From the NCBI GenBank assembly GCA_950097015.1, contig CATNEN010000003.1, forward strand, positions 992,001 through 1,056,000: 64,000 nt of DNA. The letters run 5' to 3'. Below are positions 36,721 to 48,700 of the stretch, piece by piece. The DNA comes from Macrostomum hystrix. Lineage: Eukaryota > Animalia > Platyhelminthes. Position numbers and translations under genes: made by a program. Under the pieces are notes generated by a model. It made no database searches, was not told the DNA's origin, and saw nothing but the letters and a program-made list of their open reading frames with translations. Positions within the stretch are counted from its first letter, which is position 1; each line of letters starts with the position of its first letter.

Positions 36721-36977
36721 TAGCACATGAAATTTCCTGAATTTTGTGTGTAGGTCTATCTGTTAACAAAAGGCTGATAAGTGCTTGATATGTTGAAATT
36801 GAACCAGGCTCATACATATAAATTTAGAAACGTCATGCTCTTAGAAAATTGTCTATTTTTCAGCCAGTGACATAGATAGCGGCTACAATCCTGTTAATAG
36901 GCTTCACTGCGACAGTAAATGAAACATATTTACATCAGTAGGGCTTAACAGCCCTACTGATGTAATAAGTGATAAAC

Positions 36978-37188
36978 CAGTGGCGTATCTAGGGGGGGAT
37001 ACGGGGATATATCCCCCCATTTCGCCGACCAAAGAGTGTCACCAACCCACGAATTTCGTGGGTTCGTTGTCTGCAAATGGACTACAAAAGGTTATTTCAG
37101 TTTTTTAGCAGCAGCATGCGACTCATTTTCACTGATAGTTGAAACAGCAAATTTACCCCCCCATTTAAAAATCCTAGATACGCCACTG
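36978..37188. mobile_element. 211-bp hAT-type MITE
   Basis: Perfect 16-bp TIR CAGTGGCGTATCTAGG and perfect 8-bp TSD TGATAAAC. Confidence 0.9.
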
Positions 37189-37499
37189 TGATAAACCATC
37201 AAACAAACATTTAAAGCGTTTAAATGTAACTTGTTTTCCGTGTTTCTATTTCAATGCCGGTGGTCTGTCCAAAACTCTGAGTCCGAAAAGCTTGCTATTT
37301 AGAGGAAATAGTAGCTTAATATGAAAAAATGTGTACGTTCATATTCGTTCGTTTTTCATTGTTAGGTTATTTATATTAACGGTTATTAATGACCCTCACT
37401 GCCGTATTATTTACAATTTAGTATTTTTTAATATGTTTAACCTACTGTAAATTTGTTATAACTAATGAGTCGAAGTTAAATATAGTCGCCTGGTTCCAA

Positions 37500-38560
37500 C
37501 CGGTTAGAGGTAAAAGGTCACTATTGTCCTGCACTGCGAAACTGTACAACAGGGTGCTGCTGACGCGGCTGCATCCAGTGCTGGACCCTTTCTTCCGGTG
37601 AGAGCAGAATGGTTTACCCGCCGTGCCAGGGGCACAGCACAAACTCTCGCGTTGCGCCGCATTCTAGATGACTTACGCGCGGACGACCTGGCATTACTAT
37701 TAAGCTCTTTTGAAGGAGCATGCCTGCTGGACAAGCTGAACGGCCGCGGCAGCTGTGGTCGGGCTGTGTGTGTTTGTGAGCTGTGTCTTTGAAGACCCAG
37801 AAAACGAGATGGTGCTGAGGGCTGAGGTGCCGACGGACCTACCGGCTGGGACTCGAGCGGGGCAGGTTGGCGCTGCTTCGTCACTGCAGAAAGTTTGTCT
37901 TTCCAGGCGGCCTGATTCGAAGCGTGCAGGACGACATCTCACGGTGCAGATCACTTGCTGAGCACTGGCAGAGCACTTGCCAGACCGCGCTGAGGGTGCG
38001 CGATTGTACCAGGCAGTGATCGAGACCGAAGTCATGCATTTACAACGCCCACACGTGGACCCTGACCAGCTGCTCGCAGGAGCGGCACTTGGACGCCACG
38101 CACGCTGTAGTCCTGCGCACCGCCTTCGGGATTCACTAATCGTTATAATATACCGCGTTACCAACGTTGTAACATACTAAAAGTGGGGAACGAACCTCGC
38201 GCTGGCAGACTGAGACCGGTTTCTGGCTTGTTTGCCTTCGTCAGTGCAGTCATAGCCACACGCAGTCCTCTCCCACCACTCTTCTTATTGTGCACATAAG
38301 TCTGTATTAAGCTTGCCATTTTTATGGTGATTTTTTTTGTGTTATGTGAAAGTTTTGCAACCAAGTCTTTGCTTTTCTACTGTTGTCAGTAGTATAGTCT
38401 GAATTGTACGCTCGTATCTCTCACAAACGTTACCAACGAAGATCGCTGTACCGCTGAGCCCAGCTCTGTCCACCAGTGCTGCTGCTGCTGGACATTGCGC
38501 TACGTCGACCTTCCTGTCGGACGCTGGCATCTTCGACCCCCGTGAATTGACAATTCTGAA
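37500..38560 (+). mobile_element. Degenerate RTE-like LINE copy with internal deletion
   Basis: KLYNRVLLTRLHPVLDPF..LALRRIL is joined directly to ADDLALL..LLDKL. 3' part matches 170-720 in inverted orientation. Confidence 0.75.
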
Positions 38561-39747
38561 AACATTGCGCTTGTGCACATTTTGAAGACTATAATATAAC
38601 CCAGTTTCCGACAGAGTTATAAAAAATAATTAAACGCACAAAAATATTTTAGTCTACTTAAGCTAGCACAGCTAGTTAAAATATTCGAAGGGATGTATTT
38701 GTGTTTTTTAGTTTTACTACGAACTAACGTTAAATCAGCGTACAATTGATAAATTAGAAAAAAGGTTGTCTTCAAAAAAGGTGGAAAAGCTACTAAAAAG
38801 GTGGGCAATTTAGTCTGCAACATAGTGCAAGAAATGTGACAATTTAACATTAATAATTCCCATAAAAAATGAAGCCAAACATATTGAAGCAAAAGTAAGT
38901 GTTACATTACATTAAAACAACGAATTGTCATCGACCATTAAATTTCTGTCTAATAGTAAATCTTAATTGTCGAAGAATTGTCTCTGTATGAATGTTGTCT
39001 AAATTGTGAGCAAAAGCCTTAAAAACTTATTTAAACAAAGAATTTAAGTCTTAACAACCCCAGTAAAGTTTGTTGCCCAGCTATTCGTTGTTGACGGAAC
39101 GAATTCGAATTTGTTTAACAAAGAGTATTTTTTACCAGCCTAGCAACAGAAATTTCTGAACTACATAACCTATGTACCTTGGACCCGTGAATCTAAATAA
39201 TAAAAAAATGGGTATTTTAAAAAAGGCGAAAAAACTATAATTGTCAGAGGTTGATTTTTTTAAAGCCTGTCATGTCAGCTCGATTCACAGTTTGAGTGAT
39301 TTTAAAACAAAAACATTATTTTATATAGCAATTCTTCTAACTGTCGCAAGCCTTTAGGACGACATAAAAACTAATCTAAATTTTGTATGAGTAGCTCTGA
39401 TGAATTATAACGATACGCTTGCTAATTATTTGGTAACCAGGCCTAATATACCGCTCTAAATAAACTGTCGTTTACGCGAATTTGTACTCGTCCGTGGTTT
39501 GAGCATTCCAGATGTTTCACATATTGAACTTGAAAAATACGACCTAATCGATATATTCGACGTTCAAAATCACTCAAAAAACTAGTTAAATATTCATAAG
39601 AATCATGAATTTTTGCATACTCTAAAATATGCGTTTTCTAAAAAGGTTTCTAAAATTTTCTAAAAGACTACAAAAAACTACGAAAATCTTGATAAACAGA
39701 GCCGAATACTCGTGGAGTTTTTAATTGAAAGGATGGGACTTTGAAAA

Positions 39748-42700
39748 CTACTCATCGGCCCACGAGAAAGCCTCTGACCAAAGTTGGCACGCATGCTTGC
39801 CCTCCACCCAGTCAGGCAGGTCCTTAAACGCGAGCTCAAAAGCCGGGTCGAAATCAGACATCCTGTTCAGTGGGTAGTCGCGGACACTGGACGGAAGGCT
39901 TCGCAGTTCGAGCCGGATAAGACGATGCAGTTTATCTAAAAGGAGACTACGGCGATTCCTAAGCTCGTGAGGCAGTGTCTGGAGCTGCTCTTGGCTTAGC
40001 TGGTCGCTAATTGTGTTAAAATCCGTCTCAAATGGGTCGAAGCCGTCCTGTGCCAGCTGCCGCCAGCGGAGGTGGTCGAGAGACATCCAAAGCAGTCTTG
40101 TTTGCGAGATTTTCACATTGCGCTTTAGAGCGTCGGTCGGTAGGCCACTGTCCATGTGCAGCGTTTTGCACATGAAGTCGTCAAGCAACAGTTCCGAGTT
40201 AGAGGGTGCCAAGGATATGAGAAAATTAATGGCTACCTTCAGTGAGTCGTCAAGTAAGGCGGTAAGAATTGGCGTTGGCAGGTTACAATGCAGAGCGTTT
40301 TGCATATTTGCGTCATCTACTTCTGTTTCCTGAAACGGAGAGAGATATTCAGAAAACTGTGCGACATGCTTTATAAGACTATCTGTCACGATCACTGCAT
40401 TCTCTAAAGACTACATGCAAATGTATGATTCATACCTGCTTCAATCCTGAACTGTCAAGCTGCTGAAAAATCTCCATCAAGTTGAAGTCCTCGCTATACA
40501 CCATCTCGGGTAGGTAGCCGCGGATCCTAGGTCGTCCGCGAACCACTCGTTCTCTGAGCTGCTGCTGCAGGCCCAGAAAGTTGTATGTTACTTCGGTGCA
40601 TGCCTTTCTCTTTAGTGAATACGAAGAGTTAGCTAGTAGCATCGCCATTAGGTCTTTATCTGGATCACAGGTTACAACGCTTGCTTGGTCAATCAATTCA
40701 AGATGGATCTCATCTGGTTCAGAGTCCTCACATGCATCGAGTATTGCGTTGTGAGTATCAACGAGCAACTGAATTAGACCCACTATGCAGCGGCCCCAGG
40801 ATTTGCGATGGGGAAGCAACGCTGCAAGAGGTGTCTCATTAATATTGACAACCGCATTGTAGTTAGTGATTTCAAAGGCGATCCATGTTTTGCCATCTGG
40901 ACTATCATCCAGAAATCTGGCACTTCTCTCAGCCAAAAGATCGTGCAAGTCATTCCACACCACTATAAACGTTCTCACCGCTTCAGAACGACTTGGATTG
41001 TGCTGGGCAGCGGCTTTAAGCTTTATGCGCAATGCGTCTTTTAATTCGCGGTTGTGCTTCCATTCAGTCACGAGCTCCTTTGCCAGCTTCACAAGAGCCG
41101 GCAAGTGGTGTAGGTGTCTTAGCACACGTTCACTAGCTATAAATTCGTTTGCCAGCCTGAACTGATTTTGCATCTCCGGTCGAAGCTCTGTAAAAGAATG
41201 AGCAGCATTTTGGATGGTGATTGGCTGGCGGTATCGCCACAGAAGTGCGACGTGATTGTCCTGGGTATCCAGCTCTGAGGTTTCATGAATCAGGCGACCG
41301 ATGTTTGAAAGAGTTTGGGCGTCGTCATCTTGGGTGATTGTTCTATTCGAATTGCGAAGCACTCGCGACAAAGACTCAACGATTTCCCTCAATAAATCAT
41401 TATATAGTCGGTCTTCGAAATTTCGCCTTCCTGCATCTGATTTTAGATCGAAGCCAACGCTGCTTCTATTTGCTTGATTTCCAAGCCGTGCAAACACAAG
41501 ATGCAGCGTGTGCAAGGCGTCTTCGGTACTTCGACCGGTTGCATCGCAGAAAAGCCGGAGACCAAGAGTGAACTCCTCTCTTCCATCTTCGTTAGCTTTC
41601 TCAGCAGGACTCAGAGCAGTCCCTCCACTACTGGAAGCCTGACTGTCACGGGAGTGATCGCCTAGCTGTAGGGCTAGACCTATCATCATACGAATCAAAG
41701 CAACGGCGCAGCCTGGCAGTTGGCGTACAGGTTCTGAAGCTCTTGCCTCAACTAGGCCCTTACTGGTTTGATCCGCAGCGACATATTTTTCATTCCCGGC
41801 TACTGGGACATGGTGCTTTCCTCCAATTGTACAGCCACAGTCGGGACAGGTGCTTGTTTCCATGGGCTTTGCGCACTAAAAACACGAGAGAGCAAATATG
41901 TAGCTGTTTTACTCAAATAAATTAAGCGTGTTTATACATTAAGCATTTCAAATTATTCTTACCTCGCCAACAAAATATAAATGACCTTTTGGGCATTCTG
42001 AAAAAAAAGGATTTTTCGGCTTTATTATATCGGTCCCTCTTCTGACAAAGTTTAGCTTTAAAAAGCAATGCTGAAAGGGCAAACATTTCTTACTGAAAGC
42101 CCCCGGCCTTGGTGCATCTATGCCAGCTTTGGTCATGATCTCGAAAAGCCTATCGTGCTCCATTGCAGGTAAATACCATTGATGATAGTTTTGCCATAGA
42201 GATTGTAAAAACTTGACGTAATCTGACTTGTTTTGGTAAATGTATAGCTCATAAGCTAAATGAACCAAAAGGATGGACTGGTGTGCTGCCGACAAAGTCT
42301 GTCGTGGCGCGTTTTTAAGTGTTTGTAGATATGCATAGCAGCTCTGAAGTTGTTTAAAAAATACACATTTAAAAACTATTAACTTTGAAGAAGAGCCATA
42401 AATATAGAAATAACTTTAAAGTTACTTTTGTTTCCTTTGACATCAGATTTAGTATGTGTTTGACGCACTCTTGTAGTCTTTTTTGATTGACGTCACCTTG
42501 AAGCTCGTAAGAAAACGTCGCAAGTACTAGAGCTAAGACGGAGTTCGATGTTTCGATTATTTCGACCGGCTCCTAAAAATACGAGAAAAGAGAAGGAATC
42601 CGTCAAAAATATTTACTACATCTAGTATTCAATTATACATTATAATAACAATTTTTTAGTTTTATTTTCAATTTTCAAAAAAGCAACCAACCTGGCTCTT

Positions 42701-45700
42701 GAAGTCCCCAGTAACAAAGCAGTGTAGGAGATATCTCTTCAGCACACAGTAGGCCTCAGAATGAGAACGCAGAAAATCTGGGACCCAAACGCTCGCCCTC
42801 ATTTCACGCAGTTCTTCTTCGTATGCTAAAACAAGGAGATCGTCAGTCTGGATCCGCTGCAGCGTGGCACAGGTGCCTGCGACCATGCAAAGGCAGCGCA
42901 AGAAGAAAACCCGAGACCATCGATGCGCCCTCAGAGTTGCAATTAGCGTTTCTGAGTCTTCGGGTGTCAGGAGTACACGCACACTTTCTGTTACACTTCG
43001 ATTTGCTAATCGGCTGGCCAATCTGTGCAAGTCGACTCGCCATGCGGCTATCGCTCGTAACTCTGAAATCTGTGCCACCTGGCTGGACTCATTCACTTGC
43101 AGTTGCATCGTCGGCATTGACAACTCGACCACTTCATTCTTGGCTTTCTCCATAGCGATCGAATCTTCCAGGCAGTTTAGCACAATAAGCCGCAACTCGT
43201 GTCTAAAATGTTGTTTGCAAATTTTGAGTGCTTCGGCATGTACTTCAGAATGTACCAATCTCTGCCCAAGCAAAAAGCAAAAAGGTTTGATTCCCGATTG
43301 CTTCCCATTTTACTGTCACGAATTTCCGAGCTCGCATACAGACACGTCGCCCACAACGTCCCGAATAAAAAGGAGACTTATACCCTCACATCATCAGAGG
43401 CTCAAGGTGTCACAATGTCTGTCTCACTGCTTCTTTTCAACGGTATTTTGCTTCATGTGAAGTGAAGGTTTGACAAATTCAACTTACTTGTTTTCTTCGC
43501 CTACTTCTTGATCGGCACCAAGAATGTGCTCTTCGAGTCTGCGTACGACTTCATCTGAGTTGTACCTCATCAGCTGCTGAAGTATGAACGATCTAAACAT
43601 TGGAGAGTCATCTTTGTCATCGCTGAAGTACCCGATAACGCTTTTGTCGCGACCGGAGCGGGTCACATAGCTCAGGAAATGGTTGCAAAGCTCTTCATTT
43701 GGCGGATGACCCTCCGAGAAGCAGAGGGTAGAAACAACTTCCATCACAAATGAGTGGCAGCGGGCTTTCAGCTGGACCAACATTTCTGGAATTTCACAAT
43801 TTACCAACCTGGCGTCAAACGGGACATGGCATTTCACACAGGTGAAAGAGCTGTCGCTCTGGGCGCACTGCAAGTAGCAATTTGTGCACAAGCTGTCCTT
43901 GCACGGCAGACTAGTGAGTCTGTCTGTTCGTTCGTTACATTGTGAGCAGACATACGTTCTAAAAAGTCAAGTGATAGTTTTAACTAGTTATCAGTATAAC
44001 TAACGTCTTTTTTCTTTTCAAAATAGTCACTAGTTCATTCGTTCATTCAAAGGCAGTAAAAAGATGAAAACCGTATGAAAGGCCTACAAATCATCAGGCA
44101 GAGTGAGGTAAAGGAAAAAGGCTGCAGCTTACCCGACCGCCAAGTCAGTTAGCTCTTCACGCATTCTTTCCAAGAACTTCTCGATTTCCAAGATGCCTGT
44201 CTTATCCTGAAACTTCACATCCGCAGAGGCCCACAAACTCTAAAATACATGGTGTAGCTCGTAATCATTATGACGGGTAAGGACAAGCTAAAAAGTAAAC
44301 ATGCTATCTCAACTTTATCTTACAGTCCAGAGGCGGATAGGCTTTATCGTTGATTCATTAAGGCCTTCACGATCGAAATGTGACGTCACATTTCGAAGAA
44401 ATAGCGCTACACAGTTGATTTTGTCCCATTGCAGCTTCATGGCTGAGTCTTTGAGCAAGAAGAGAAGCCTCTCGATTATAGTTCGAGACTTGTCTACTCT
44501 TGCAAGCCATTCCTTTCTTGTCAATGCTTTGTTTAAATCATGACGAGAAACTTCAAAGTGCTTAGAGACGGCTTTGAATATTTCCTGAAAGCATTCAATG
44601 TGATATAAAATAATACTAATAATAGTAATACTAATTCTTGTGCAAAAAGGTAAAATTTCAAGACGCACCAAAAGCATTTCACATTTAGTTCTCATAAAAC
44701 TAATAAAAACTCCAATAATTCTTTTTTTACTAAGCCCTGTTCTTCCTGAAAAACGACAACACCGCATCTGTACATCAGAGGCCTTCACTTTGTCCACATT
44801 GTTCATATCTAGTTTTGTAATTCAACCAAATAGGAATTATGTATTTTTGGAACGACCATAGATACGACCATTGTTGTAGTTACCCTACGCGTGTTGAAAC
44901 GAGGTTGAAACTAACTGCAGCCCGCCCTCTGCTGTTGTCTATGGTCGAATTCCATAGATATGCACAGCGGGCGGGCCATGAAACGCGTTTCACGCCCGCT
45001 AACTACAATATACCAATATTGATAGGCTGCAGAGAGAATAGAACGCGTTTAGTTCTAGAGAGATAGAACGCGTTTCACGGCCCGCCCGCTGTGCATATCT
45101 ATGGAATTCGACCACAGACAACAGCAGAGGGCGGGCTGCCGTTAGTTTTAATCTCGTTTCAACACGCGTAAGCTAACTACAATATACCATTAATACCCAT
45201 GCTTTAAGGGCGTTAATGGAAAATCAGAGGGCGCCATTAGGCGCCCGAGGATTTTTCAATGACGGCCGCAAAGCTTGGGTATCAATTTTATTGTACCATA
45301 GACGTTTTTGCCCAAGCTATACTTTCAGAGTCAGAGACGGGGTGTGGGGCAGAGCCATAGACATTTTAGCCTCAGTAAGCCATTCCTATTGGTGGATGCC
45401 TTTTTGCGGGCGGTTAATGGCTAATTCATGCCCACAGGAAAATTACCGAGCATTAATTCATCTATGGCCATTAACGGGCAAGACTTTCTGCCCGCCGGGA
45501 AAAAAGGTCATGGTACAATATACCAATATTGATAGGCTGCAGAGGGCTGAAACGAGGTAAAATGTCGAGGCGCGTAGCCTATCCATATTAGTGTTGTAGT
45601 TAGCGGGCGTGAAACGCGTTTCACGGCCCGCCCGCAGTGCATAGCTATGGAATTCGACCATAGACAACAGCAGCGGGCGGGCTGCCGTTAGTTTCAACCT

Positions 45701-48700
45701 CGTTTCAACACGCGTAGGCTAACTGCAATACCTCGTTTCAGCCCTCTGCAGCCTATCAATATTGGTATAATCTAAGCTCTCACCTCAGCTTTTTGAATCC
45801 TAGCTCTTGAGGTGCTTGCTTCAAGCCTTGAGGGAAACCAAGTACATTATCTTATACTAATACGTATAGCAATTTTTCGAGAACACCTGCGCCAGATCAG
45901 CAACACTGTGATTTTCTAGTTTTTGCAATTCATAATATTTTTTTAATAAATTATTCAACTCCACTGCCTGTACGCAAGTGACTTGGCGTGAGACCAGATA
46001 ATAAAGCCAATAACAAATAACTCTCAAACATGCAGTTTGGCCTTATCCAACAGAATCTGACAATTATCTAAAAATTTGCATGAATCGCTGACAGCTCTAC
46101 CATGAATTTTATTCTCCGAAAGCTCGTAATAGATGGAATAAGTAGAAACGTGTTAAAAAACTTAGAAATGTAGAAATACACTAGCAAGTTTTGCCCCCCT
46201 TCGGGGAGCAGAAATACTTTTAATTCGTATAGTATATACTTTTTAGCAGCTGAATTTACAGCTTTTTATAGCTACAATGAACCCCCAGTTGACAATGATC
46301 CCCCAGTTGACAATGATCCCCCAGTTGATGATGATCCCCTAGTTGATGATGATCCCCCAGTTGACAATGATCCTCCAGTTGACAATGAACCCCCAGTTGA
46401 CAATGATCCCCCAGTTGACAATGAACCCCCAGTTGACAATGAACCCCCAGTTGACAATGATCCCCCAGTTGACAATGATCCCCCAGTTGACAATGATCCC
46501 CCAGTTGACAATGATCCCCCAGTTGACAATGATCCCCCAGTTGACAAAGATCCCCCAGTTGACAATGAACCCCCAGTTGACAATGATCCCCTAGTTGACA
46601 ATGATCCCCCAGTTGACAATGATCCCCCAGTTGACAATGATCCCCCAGTTGACAATGATCCCCCAGTTGACAATGATCCCCCAGTTGACAATGATCCCCC
46701 AGTTGACAATGATCCCCCAGTTGACAATGATCCCCCAGTGGACAATGATCCCCCAGTTAACAAAGATCCCCCAGTTCACAATGATCCCCCAGTTGATGAT
46801 GACTCCCCATTGATGATGATCCCCAGTTAACAATGTTCCTCCAGTTGACAATGTTCCCCCAGTTGACAATGATCCCCCAGTTGATGATGATCACCCAGTT
46901 GATGATGATCAACCAGTTAACAATGATCCCCCAGTTGACAATAATCCCCCAGTTGACAATGAACCCCCAGTTGACAATGATCCCCCAGTTGACAATGATC
47001 CCCCAGTTGACAATGATCCCCCAGTTGACAATGATCCCCCAGTTCACAATGATCCCCCAGTTGATGATGATCCCCCAGTTGACAATGATCCCCCAGTTGA
47101 CAATTATCCCCCAGTTTACCATGATCCCCCAGTTGACGATTATCCCCCAGTTGACCATTACCCCCTAGTTGACAATGATCCCCCAGTTGACAATGATCCC
47201 CCAGTTGACAATGATCCCCCAGTTGACAATTATCCCCCAGTTTACCATGATCCCCCAGTTGACGATTATCCCCCAGTTAACCATGATCCCCATTTTGATG
47301 ATGACTCCCCAGTTGACGTTGATTTTTCAAACGCTGGGTTAGCCAAGATTCAAACTCTGGTTTAGCCATGATTCAAACGCTGGTTTAGCCATGATTCAAA
47401 CTCTGGTTTCGCCATGATTCAAACTCGATCTGGTTGGCCATGATTCAAACTCTGGTTTAGCCATGATTCAGACTCTGGTTTAACCATGATTCAAACTCTG
47501 GTTTAGCCATGATTCAAACTCTGGTTTAGCCATGGTTCAGACTCTGGTTTAGCCATGTTTCAAACTCTGGTTTAGCCATGATTCAAACTCTGGTTTAGCC
47601 ATGATTCAAACGCTGGTTTAGCCATGATTCAAACTCTGGTTTAGCCATGATTCAAACTCTGGTTGGCCATGATTCAAACTCTGGTTTAGCCATGATTCAA
47701 ACTCTGGTTTCGCCATGATTCAAACTCTGGTTTAGCCATGATTCAAACGCTGGTTTAGCCATGATTCAAACTCTGGTTTAGCCATGATTCAAACTCTGGT
47801 TGGCCATGATTCAAACTCTGGTTTTGCCATGATTCAAACTCTGGTTTAGCCATGATTCAAGATCTGGTTTAGCCATGATTCAAGATCTGGTTTAGCCATG
47901 ATTCAAACTCTGGTTGGCCATGATTCAAACTCTGGTTTAGCCATGATTCAAACTCTGGTTTAGCCATGATTCAAACTCTGGTTTAGCCATGATTCAAACT
48001 CTGGTTTAGCCATGATTCAAACGATGGTTTAGCCATGATTCAAACTCTGGTTTAGCCATGATTCAAACGATGGTTTAGCCATGATTCAAACAATTGTTTA
48101 GCCATGATTCAAGATCTGGTTTAGCCATGATTCAGACTCTGTTTTAGCCGGTGTGCTATGATTTATGATATTTTATTTACGAAATGAAAAAAATAAATTA
48201 AAATAGTCTTCAATCACTACTGGCTGAAAATCAGTCTAAATGATTTGACGCAGTGCAGAATCGAACCCTAGCCTAGCCTAACCTATTCCTAGTGCCTACA
48301 CATCGGCTATTCTGACTGTTGGTTAGTGGGTGCAAAAATCAGCCTTATAAAATTAATTCTCAAAGTTCTGGCTTTGTACAATGAAGTAAGAAAATAGAGT
48401 ACACTCAGTCTCGCGGTTGGTTGTGTACATTTATTTCCAATTTGTCTCCAGAGTGCAGGCTTCAAATTCAATCAGCTAGGGGTTGTTGCGCAATTTGACG
48501 ATGCAATTCAAATTCAGTGGCAGTGAGTAAAATTCTCAATAGGCCAAGATGTTTGACCTTTGAAAAATCATGTTTTTCGAATATTTAATCCCTTTAGCAA
48601 TAAAGTTAAGCTTAATAAAAATACGTGTATAATTGTCCCCATATTTAGCATCTTTTGGTGAAGAAATGGTGAAAATCGGTTGAGCCGTTTTTTCTAAAAT

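Noticed and set aside
46272-47168. GGSLST-repeat ORF resembling an antifreeze or structural protein
   Set aside because: 18-bp minisatellite within a Helitron; the flanking RNF213 exons join in phase without it.
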